From Candidatus Aenigmatarchaeota archaeon (GTDB taxonomy: Archaea > Aenigmatarchaeota > Aenigmatarchaeia > Aenigmatarchaeales > Aenigmatarchaeaceae), in assembly GCA_043814985.1 (NCBI GenBank), contig JBDRJK010000012.1, positions 1-36,338 of the forward strand: DNA of 36,338 bases, written 5' to 3'. Below are positions 25,538 through 33,534 of this stretch, in pieces (the stretch's first letter is position 1; each line of letters starts with the position of its first letter). Below the pieces are notes generated by a model. That model saw only the letters and a list, made by a program, of their open reading frames with translations. It was not told where the DNA came from and did no database searches. A program made the translations under genes and the position numbers.

Positions 25538-26867
25538 TTTCAACACCCCATATAAAAACCGTTCCATTGTAGTAACCAGCATAGACAGCAGGAACATTTA
25601 TCCAATACCAAGTTGTAATATTCGTATTCTCGGGAACATCTAATTTAAGAACATTGATTGTATATGACAATTCGAATGATTCAGCATAATCATTTGTTGT
25701 GTTGCTCCAAGTCACATTATTAACTGGGATAAGAGAATTGTAGGTAGTGTTTGTCAGATTGGTTCCGTTTATGTAAAAATCCAAATTACAGCTACCTGGG
25801 TTAACAGTTATATTGTACTCATCGCCATCATTCCCATCTGCTCCGTTCTCTGTCGTTCCAGGAATCAATGAGCCGAAATTTATGGAAGGCCACTGAACAG
25901 TCATGTCTACAGTACAGTCGTTTATTGTTATGGTTGCACTATTTGTGCTGTTATCTAACATGTCTATGTAAGACGAATTGAACAAGACATTGATTTTCCA
26001 ATCACTATTAACATTGCCAGTAGCATTTATCGTCCAGTTAAGCTGGCAGAAATCACCCAATTTCATTGTTCCACACGATCTCATAGCATTGGCTGGAGAA
26101 TCTTGAATGTAAAATGGTTTATCACCTTCTGTTGTATTTATTGGAATATCTGGATCTGAGGACGAAAGATTGTACATTATTGTTCCGTTGACCTCTCCAC
26201 AAGGCCCATCCTTGCAAACTATTGTTGCGTTTACACTGAAGGTCTTGTTTTGTATTACATTTAGAGTTGCTGTAGTGTCAGGATTCGTTAGATTAACCTC
26301 AAGATAGCTTGGGTATCCAATATAGTACTGAATATAATCCTCCACCAGCAAGCCTGGATCAGCATTACCAGTTGAATTTATTCTTATTCTGACTACTCTG
26401 TCTGAAGAATTATAATTCATAGGATTTGTAGTTTTATTACACCACCATCGCGTTGGTGTATCAGCCAAAACATTACCAGAGTCGCAGTCTGAGGAGACCC
26501 AATTTGAGTTAAACCAATCATATATCTGTATACTGTAATCGTCAGATACGTTAGATGTGAAGTTTATAGTAACATTGATAAAATTAATGTTACCATCTAC
26601 TATTTGTGTGGAGTTATGCCAAATCTCAACTAAATAGTTTCCAAATCTAAAATCTTCCGGTATATTATAGGTTAAACCTTCTCCCAAAATGTTCAGATCG
26701 TCATAGTTTCCTGAAGGTGTTTCCCCATAAACTACAACCGGAGCTCCTGTTTGATTATACTGTATTATTGGATCAGGAACAGGGTCAGCAAAAACAATTA
26801 GGACTGTTATGAAAAATAAACCAGAGATTAAAAGAATTGTCCTTTTCATATCAAAAATGTTATTCAT
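25518..26867 (-). CDS. secreted N-glycosylation-rich protein with C-terminal pilin/WxL-like domain
   Basis: signal peptide; many NxS/T sequons; paired Cys; INFGSLIPG...WINVPAVYAGYYNGTVFI; no TM anchor. Confidence 0.8.
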   Translation of the reverse strand: MNNIFDMKRTILLISGLFFITVLIVFADPVPDPIIQYNQTGAPVVVYGETPSGNYDDLNILGEGLTYNIPEDFRFGNYLVEIWHNSTQIVDGNINFINVTINFTSNVSDDYSIQIYDWFNSNWVSSDCDSGNVLADTPTRWWCNKTTNPMNYNSSDRVVRIRINSTGNADPGLLVEDYIQYYIGYPSYLEVNLTNPDTTATLNVIQNKTFSVNATIVCKDGPCGEVNGTIMYNLSSSDPDIPINTTEGDKPFYIQDSPANAMRSCGTMKLGDFCQLNWTINATGNVNSDWKINVLFNSSYIDMLDNSTNSATITINDCTVDMTVQWPSINFGSLIPGTTENGADGNDGDEYNITVNPGSCNLDFYINGTNLTNTTYNSLIPVNNVTWSNTTNDYAESFELSYTINVLKLDVPENTNITTWYWINVPAVYAGYYNGTVFIWGVENGENPP

Positions 26868-26887
26868 AAGACTTCCTGTCAGGCAGA

Positions 26888-27655
26888 TTATTTTTTCCTT
26901 CCGAACAATCCCTTGAATTTAGCAAAGAAACCATCATCATACTTTACTCCAACAATCCTAGCAGCAATCTTGTAGAAGGCCTTGCTCGCAGAAGAATTCT
27001 TCTTAGAAAACGTAACCAAGGTTTTCCTGTTAAAATCTGCTAATACATTCTCGTCCTCAGGAACTATTCCAATAATAGGCAATTGTGTGAAATGCTTTAT
27101 CTCCTCCATCTTGATTTCATAGCTTTTGTTTCTAACTTTGTTGACTATCACGCCCATAGGGATTGGTTTGGAACTCAAAATGTTGATTACCTGTTTGCAC
27201 TTCTCTATATCCACCATGGAAGGAACGTGAGGGTTGGCTACAAACAGAACTTCATCGCTTGCCTCTAGAGCTATCATGGCCTCCTTCCCCAAACCTGGTG
27301 CAGAGTCAATGAAAACCAAGTCATAGTCAGAAAAAACATCTTTCAGAGTGTTTTTCAAGTTGTTGACATCAATGTTAACAATCTTGTCTAGATGCAGGGA
27401 AGCAGGTACAACACTCAGACCAGAGGCATGATTGTAAATAGCATTCTCTAGTTTTGCCTCGTTTCTCAAGAAGCTGTTCAATGTTACAGGATAAGAGTAC
27501 ATATCGAAATAGAGACTCAGATGCGGCGTAGTGAAATTAAAATCAATGACTGCGACCTTCTTATTAAATTTTTGAAGGGCCACTCCAAGATTGGCCGTTA
27601 CTGTGGTCTTTCCCACACCGCCTTTGCCTGAGCAAACACTTATTATTCTTACCAT
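26888..27655 (-). CDS. minD: MinD/ParA family ATPase (second paralog)
   Basis: SGKGGVGKTT, VIDFN and IDSAPGLG; amphipathic FFAKFKGLFGRKK tail. Confidence 0.9.
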   Translation of the reverse strand: MVRIISVCSGKGGVGKTTVTANLGVALQKFNKKVAVIDFNFTTPHLSLYFDMYSYPVTLNSFLRNEAKLENAIYNHASGLSVVPASLHLDKIVNIDVNNLKNTLKDVFSDYDLVFIDSAPGLGKEAMIALEASDEVLFVANPHVPSMVDIEKCKQVINILSSKPIPMGVIVNKVRNKSYEIKMEEIKHFTQLPIIGIVPEDENVLADFNRKTLVTFSKKNSSASKAFYKIAARIVGVKYDDGFFAKFKGLFGRKK

Positions 27656-30036
27656 TATTTATCACCCTTATTTTTTCTTAATTCTTTAGAGAATTCCATA
27701 ACATTGGGAAACTCCGTTATAATCAGTTTGTCATACGATCCAATGTTCTTAGAGTCAGGTTTATTAATCCTAGGCTTACTACTCCTTAAATAATTTCCAA
27801 CATCGAGCAAAAAACTACCTGAATGGGTTCCTCCAACCTTTCTGACTTTCCTTTTCTTTAAAATTACTGCCACAGAAAAGCACACTACTGCAAATATTGC
27901 AATGTAAACCAAGTCTAAATAATTGATTTGGGGTAAGGCAAAACCAGTTGCAAGGCCTGTGGGCAAAGCTTCGCTTTCACTCTCTTCAAATATGTTGAAA
28001 CCAAAAACCTTTTCTTCGACTATGCCACCGTTTTCAATTTTCAGAGTAGCGCTGGAAATCCCAGGTTCAGCATAGACAGGTACAAAGAAGTCTATGTACA
28101 AGGTCTTTTTTTCATCGGATTTCAAGTCTATGTTGCTAGAGACAATGTTGTAATAGCTTTCAGGAAGGCCTTCCAAGGATATTTTTATGTTTTTAATGTC
28201 CGCCTGCCCGTTGTTCAATATGTCAAACACTTGGCTGTAATTCTCTCCCCTGGCTATTTTAATTGTTTCCGGAAAGTCTATGAAAATGGATCTGCTCTTA
28301 ACAATTTCAAACTTTTCCTCACCGCTGAAATCTTTGTAAGGATGCTTCTTAGCCTTCAATACTAAAGAATAACCCCCCTCTTCTTTAGGAGAGGGAATTT
28401 CTATTGAGAAAACGCCATTTTCATCTGCGACAACATTGTAATCCTTCTTGGTGTTTTTGATGTAGGCGCTTATGCTGGCATTGCTGACAACACTCCCATC
28501 ACTGTCCTTTACTATCCCCCTCACGTTCACCTTGTCACCCAGATAGTATATTCCCTTGTCAAGGCTGAAGTCCACTGCTATGTCCTTTGTCTCGCCTATC
28601 ACAAAGGCTGAGAGCGTTGAGGAGGTTACCTTTACCCTGTTTCTTACAATGTCTGTCTCACCAATAACCTCCAGCCAGTTATCGTTGCATACTTTTCTTC
28701 CAGAATTCCAGTTTGAGCATCTGAAAACTCTCAGATTGTTTTCATTTATGATGTTCTTTTCAGTGTACCTCATCTCTATTTCAGCTCTAGAGTAAGACAG
28801 GTCTATCTCATAATCATGCAGACCGCCATTTCTTATGCCGGGCACGATGTTCTCCTCTGAGTAAAAATGTTTTATGGGATCATCAAAGCTGCTGATTGAA
28901 GCCCCGGACAGATATATTACGGAATTGGGAAAAGTGATTTCAAGGTCATAGACGCCTGGTGGAAGGGAACCTGTATAATGGCCGTAGGAGTCTGTTACCA
29001 AACTTAATTTTTCAACACCGCTCTGGATGAATTTTATTTGAACATTGATTACTTTGTTATCCCTATCAAGCACCTTCCCTTCAATTGACACGATGTAGTC
29101 TATTGGTTCGCTGTCAGAGTAGGAAGAACTCTTGTGATTTAGATAGGCTTCCAGCTGATACTTCCCTGAAGATATGCTAGGAGCAATGAACTTGACATCA
29201 AACAAGCTGTCATGCTGTGATACTGCGGTTATTTCAGCGTCAATAGAGTTTATTTTGATGTCAACATTGTCCTTGTTCAGGCCAATGAGACCTCCCTTTT
29301 CCAAGGCCTTTAGCGTGACAGTTATGTTGTCGCTGCTCTTGATCCAGCTCTTGTCTACAGAAACAATGCTGAATTCAATACTGTTTCTAACATCAACAGA
29401 GATGTAGTCTGTTGCATTTGTCCTATCATAGAATGCAGTAACTTTGACATCGTATATGTCAGATATTGTAGGAGAATCTATTTTTAGTATCCAGCCTTTG
29501 TTGATGTCATAAGCAGGGTCAATTTTCAAATTTTTCAGTTGATCATTGAATGAGACATTGAAAGCTACACCAGAAGATATTTTTGTATCGCCTCTTTTAA
29601 ATATGAAGTCTATTTCTATTGTGTCCCCGAAATAAGCAGGGTTGGGACTTATGGCATTGATGTAACCTGTGAGCTCGGAAACTGTAAAGCTTTTCACTGT
29701 TGTGTTAAAAACGCTTTCATTGTTCCTGCAAGTTATTGTTGCGTCAAACTGCCCAGTCCTGTCAAGGTACTCCTTGCTGACAGACAGGGTATATTTGCTG
29801 CCGGATTTTGTGAAAGATTTTCTTGGAATAGTAATATCAGGTCCTGTTATGTCAGCATAAACCTCTTCTATTGTCTTGTTTTCACTTTCAAAACAATTTA
29901 ATGAAATAGTGGCATCCTCACCCAACCAGAGATCGTCCGAGGGTGCGACAGTTGTGTTTTCAATTACAGGAGCAGCTGAGACTAGAGGAATTGCTATTAA
30001 AAACAGTACTAGTGGCAGGAGCATTGCCTTGCTCAT
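27655..30036 (-). CDS. large multi-Ig-domain surface protein with TM anchor
   Basis: signal peptide; carboxypeptidase-regulatory-like and NEW3-like segments; PTGLATGF then TM then KKRK; cytoplasmic tail. Confidence 0.85.
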   Translation of the reverse strand: MSKAMLLPLVLFLIAIPLVSAAPVIENTTVAPSDDLWLGEDATISLNCFESENKTIEEVYADITGPDITIPRKSFTKSGSKYTLSVSKEYLDRTGQFDATITCRNNESVFNTTVKSFTVSELTGYINAISPNPAYFGDTIEIDFIFKRGDTKISSGVAFNVSFNDQLKNLKIDPAYDINKGWILKIDSPTISDIYDVKVTAFYDRTNATDYISVDVRNSIEFSIVSVDKSWIKSSDNITVTLKALEKGGLIGLNKDNVDIKINSIDAEITAVSQHDSLFDVKFIAPSISSGKYQLEAYLNHKSSSYSDSEPIDYIVSIEGKVLDRDNKVINVQIKFIQSGVEKLSLVTDSYGHYTGSLPPGVYDLEITFPNSVIYLSGASISSFDDPIKHFYSEENIVPGIRNGGLHDYEIDLSYSRAEIEMRYTEKNIINENNLRVFRCSNWNSGRKVCNDNWLEVIGETDIVRNRVKVTSSTLSAFVIGETKDIAVDFSLDKGIYYLGDKVNVRGIVKDSDGSVVSNASISAYIKNTKKDYNVVADENGVFSIEIPSPKEEGGYSLVLKAKKHPYKDFSGEEKFEIVKSRSIFIDFPETIKIARGENYSQVFDILNNGQADIKNIKISLEGLPESYYNIVSSNIDLKSDEKKTLYIDFFVPVYAEPGISSATLKIENGGIVEEKVFGFNIFEESESEALPTGLATGFALPQINYLDLVYIAIFAVVCFSVAVILKKRKVRKVGGTHSGSFLLDVGNYLRSSKPRINKPDSKNIGSYDKLIITEFPNVMEFSKELRKNKGDK

Positions 30037-30263
30037 TTCTTTAACCTCCTTGGGATCATGTATATGTTGGACCTGCCGACCTTGTGGAGTTCCAGTTTCC
30101 CCTGGTTTTTCAGGGCTTCCATATAGCCAGCAGCAACATCTCTTCTTATGCCTAGTTTTTTAGCAATCTGAGAAACAGACAGCAGCTCCTTGCTTAGCAA
30201 ATCTAGAACCTTTCCCTCAAAATTGTTGTCAGTTAGCCCCTTGTCTGTCAAAGTAACCATCAT
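30033..30263 (-). CDS. small winged-helix DNA-binding protein
   Basis: VLDLLSKELLSVSQIAKKLGIRRDVAAGYMEALKNQGKLELHKVGRSNIY; ATGA-coupled to the next gene. Confidence 0.85.
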   Translation of the reverse strand: MMVTLTDKGLTDNNFEGKVLDLLSKELLSVSQIAKKLGIRRDVAAGYMEALKNQGKLELHKVGRSNIYMIPRRLKK

Positions 30264-30349
30264 CCATATAGCAGCTATATAGATAACACATAAAATTCAT
30301 ATATATATTTTTCTGTATCAATATAGATACTATATAGAGGCTATATTGA
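30264..30349. promoter_or_regulatory. phased array of CTATATAG-like boxes flanking a TATA element
   Basis: boxes at 30264, 30275, 30319, 30330 and 30341, all offsets multiples of 11; alternating AT run at 30299-30308. Confidence 0.7.
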
Positions 30350-30357
30350 AGAAAAAA

Positions 30358-31107
30358 TCACTTGAAAAAGGCTATTCTAAGGCTGTCCATGACATAAAGG
30401 AGCAGTCCAATAAGGTCCTCTCCCTTGCTCATTTCCACTCTTTCTTCTGTATGGTACATGCCTTTGTTGGAAACTATCTCCAGACTGATATTTGATGGTC
30501 TCCAGATGGTTGGTTGGTATTTTAATACGACCAGCTTAGACCTGGCCTTGGGTATCGCATCTATCACTGCCTGCTCGAATATCCAGCCAGGGGTGTATCC
30601 CTTTGGTATGACTACAATGTTTTCTGCATATTTCTTGCTGTAGAGGTCGAACACTATGTAGTCGTCGTAAGTCCTCAGGTCCCTTATCTCAAAATTGTCC
30701 TCAGGCTCTTTATGGCCTTTTACTATTATGTCAAAATTTTTGTATTCCTTGATATCATTGCCAAAATACACCTTCAATTTTGCAGAATAATCTCCTATAT
30801 TACTAGCATACCAATAGATGTATGAAACCTTTTTGTCGCCGCTCATGAACTCTGTTTCCTGGCCCCACCCACTGAATATCATCTCGCTTTCATTGAATAC
30901 CTCAGTTTTTATTCTGGCTTTGTAAGGAATGCTTCCAGTGTTGTAGAATTCTACTGAGAACTTTACAATGTTAGAGGAGCTGTCATAGTTCAATGAGCTA
31001 ATATTCCCCTCAAGAGTCTCGGTTATGCCAACTTCTACAACAGCAGAATAAGCAATGCTAATCAGAAGCAGGAAGAAAATCAATATCATAAGAGAGCTTT
31101 TCATCAA
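30358..31107 (-). CDS. secreted/membrane-associated beta-rich protein
   Basis: signal peptide; FYNTGS..YKARIK Ig-like strand pattern; hydrophobic/amphipathic C-terminus. Confidence 0.8.
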   Translation of the reverse strand: MMKSSLMILIFFLLLISIAYSAVVEVGITETLEGNISSLNYDSSSNIVKFSVEFYNTGSIPYKARIKTEVFNESEMIFSGWGQETEFMSGDKKVSYIYWYASNIGDYSAKLKVYFGNDIKEYKNFDIIVKGHKEPEDNFEIRDLRTYDDYIVFDLYSKKYAENIVVIPKGYTPGWIFEQAVIDAIPKARSKLVVLKYQPTIWRPSNISLEIVSNKGMYHTEERVEMSKGEDLIGLLLYVMDSLRIAFFK

Positions 31108-31614
31108 TCAAATTATAGACAAAAAATTATAAATAGCCTTCTTAGACACAACATCAATCTCTCCGGAGTAGTTCCCCGGTTCGGAGTCCTTGCTATACAA
31201 AAAGATTTCAATTGAAGCCTTCTCATCAGGTTTCAAAATAAAATTGTTTTTACTAAAGACAACCAATGGCGATATGTTTCCGTAGGCATTCAAGAACACT
31301 TCATTATTGTCCCCCCCCTTGTTTGACACTTCAATGGTCCTTGTTACATAGCTACCATTGCCAGGGATTATGCCAAAGTTGATGTTCCAGGGATCTGTCA
31401 CAAAGCCTATAACGATTGTTTCGTTAAGGTTCTCTATTGGCATTATTTCTACACTAGAGGGATATCTCAATATTTCATAATTGTGAAAAAAGGTAGAGTA
31501 ATTTTCAACGGTCCTGATACTCACAAACTCCTCTGGTACTGGCGGCTGCTTGCTGAATATAAACAAGAATGCAACAACCAGAAACACCAAGACAACAATG
31601 CCCACGACTTTCAT
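31108..31614 (-). CDS. N-terminally anchored Ig-like protein
   Basis: N-terminal TM; INFGIIPG...NNFILKPDE...PGNYSGEI. Confidence 0.8.
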   Translation of the reverse strand: MKVVGIVVLVFLVVAFLFIFSKQPPVPEEFVSIRTVENYSTFFHNYEILRYPSSVEIMPIENLNETIVIGFVTDPWNINFGIIPGNGSYVTRTIEVSNKGGDNNEVFLNAYGNISPLVVFSKNNFILKPDEKASIEIFLYSKDSEPGNYSGEIDVVSKKAIYNFLSII

Positions 31615-32543
31615 TTTATTCTCCTGTAAATTACTGCTGAGACAACAAAGATAATTATTATTACAATTAATAATAAAGACGTAAATAGCCCAGCCTCTTG
31701 TCCCAGGGACATTGTTGTCGGAGGGGTCAGTGTTATGAAGGAGCTTTTCTCTGCCCTGCCAGTGTTGTAGTCAATGACAGTGTAGATTTGATAGTCATCA
31801 AGAGGAAGTTCAGTTGTTGTCAAATACCCCTTGAGGGTCCTTATTTCCTTGGGCTTTACATAGCCCTTACCCAAACTGATTTCCTTTATTAGATTCCCGT
31901 TTTTGTCATACATTCTTTGGGTGCCAGTGGCGGAAACTGTCGTTGTGCCAGTATTCTGAAAATACGTGTTTATCTCTAGAATGTTGTTTACATGCTGCCC
32001 TGCCTCGACATCCAGAATCACTCCGTTCCTTATAGCACTTCCTATAACATCCAACAAGACCTTGACAGATGTTATGGCAACAACCCTGCTTCCAACAGGG
32101 GCTGTTGATTCTTGGGATGTTAGAGGCACAGGCTTTATACTTACTATATGCTCTCCTGGCTCTGCATTTTTCGGGATGTCGATCAGGAAGCTCACTTGCC
32201 TCTGGCCTTTTATCACCCCCCCTACTGTTTTTAAGGTCCCGTTGGTTGGCTCAAGCTCCACAGGGTTGTTTATTATTTTCACCCATGAGGTTATGTCCTC
32301 TTCAGAAGTATTATCATTAATAGAATCAGCATTCATAGTAACTCTTTCAGGTTCTAGCTTAATTAATATAGTTTCCTCAGAAGGCGTTATTATGTAGAAA
32401 TTTACTAATTTTGTCGTACCCGCTTCTACTTTCCCCAGATTCACTGTTCCTGGGGACACCCCGACAGCGCCTTGTGCAAAGGAAATGTAGGCTAGAATTA
32501 GAGAAAATATAATAAAAAAAACAGCTATAGAACTATTTTTCAT
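31611..32543 (-). CDS. two-domain surface protein resembling WxL-interacting (DUF916/DUF3324-type) or pilus-chaperone-like proteins
   Basis: GVSPG.VNL...VNFYI, SWVKI...VELEP, IDIPKNAEPGEH and FQNTGT...G..YDKNG; C-terminal TM followed by RRIK. Confidence 0.7.
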   Translation of the reverse strand: MKNSSIAVFFIIFSLILAYISFAQGAVGVSPGTVNLGKVEAGTTKLVNFYIITPSEETILIKLEPERVTMNADSINDNTSEEDITSWVKIINNPVELEPTNGTLKTVGGVIKGQRQVSFLIDIPKNAEPGEHIVSIKPVPLTSQESTAPVGSRVVAITSVKVLLDVIGSAIRNGVILDVEAGQHVNNILEINTYFQNTGTTTVSATGTQRMYDKNGNLIKEISLGKGYVKPKEIRTLKGYLTTTELPLDDYQIYTVIDYNTGRAEKSSFITLTPPTTMSLGQEAGLFTSLLLIVIIIIFVVSAVIYRRIK

Positions 32544-32632
32544 AGATTTCTATTGTATCTACAAAAATATAATAATATTTATATACCAAGCTAATTCAAT
32601 TATTATTACCTCTTATAAGGAGTCGTATAAAG

Positions 32633-33532
32633 ATGAGAACAAACTTATTGGTTTTCGGAAGTGTCTTTCTCATATTTTTGGTATTTTTTGCAGCGATTAC
32701 ACTGATAAGCACGACACTTGTTTTGGCAGCCGCCAATGACACAGTAACAATAGATGTCAATGTCACAGAAGCAGCGGCAATAGTGGTAATTCCAGATACA
32801 TTAAACTGGACAAGTGTTGCTACAGGTCAAGTGGGTGGAATAAAAAACCTGACTGTAAAAAACGCAGGATCTATAAACGTAACACAAATATATGCATATA
32901 TTGACACCTTGGTAACAGAAATTGCAAGGCCCTATGGAAGCAGCGACCCACTGGACTTCTCAGCAGGCGGGGTAATAACACTAAGAAATGAGACTGACAC
33001 AAAGTATTACTTTGCTGGTAGAATAGAGTGGAACTGGACACAAGACATACCCAACCACGATTGGTCTGCTTTAACTACATCAGATGCAACAGCTTGGGGC
33101 TACTTTAGGAACACGAGCAGCGACTATGTCTGGGTTTTAGGCAATGGGACAGCTGGGAGATGTAATGAGACAAACACACAGTTCTCTGTGGAGACTGATG
33201 TGGACATAGGTACAACAGGCACAAGAACTCCAACCAACACTATTAGCATAACCGCAAGTAGTAATGACCCAAATAATTGGGGATATGGAAGCATGATCAC
33301 TGGTCCTTTAACTGGACATTGTGTAGCAGTAACAACAAATTGCGATAAGATATTCATTTACAACTTTGACAGAAGAAGCAATTTCACTGACTGCGCAAAC
33401 ACTGATTACCTGTTTGCAGGTAATTTGACTCCAGGAAGTACCTTCATAACGAGAGTAGATGCCTGGGTTCCAAACGGATATCCAGCTGGCTTTTTAAACC
33501 AGACAACACTGACAGTCTATGCCAGTTCCTAG
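32633..33532 (+). CDS. secreted Thr/Asn-rich protein, candidate fibre subunit
   Basis: signal peptide; mature N-terminal strand DTVTIDVNV; LNWTSVATG; C-terminal WVPNGYPAG...LTVYASS; no TM; divergent from the cluster with AAGGAG SD. Confidence 0.8.
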   Translation: MRTNLLVFGSVFLIFLVFFAAITLISTTLVLAAANDTVTIDVNVTEAAAIVVIPDTLNWTSVATGQVGGIKNLTVKNAGSINVTQIYAYIDTLVTEIARPYGSSDPLDFSAGGVITLRNETDTKYYFAGRIEWNWTQDIPNHDWSALTTSDATAWGYFRNTSSDYVWVLGNGTAGRCNETNTQFSVETDVDIGTTGTRTPTNTISITASSNDPNNWGYGSMITGPLTGHCVAVTTNCDKIFIYNFDRRSNFTDCANTDYLFAGNLTPGSTFITRVDAWVPNGYPAGFLNQTTLTVYASS

Positions 33533-33534
33533 TT

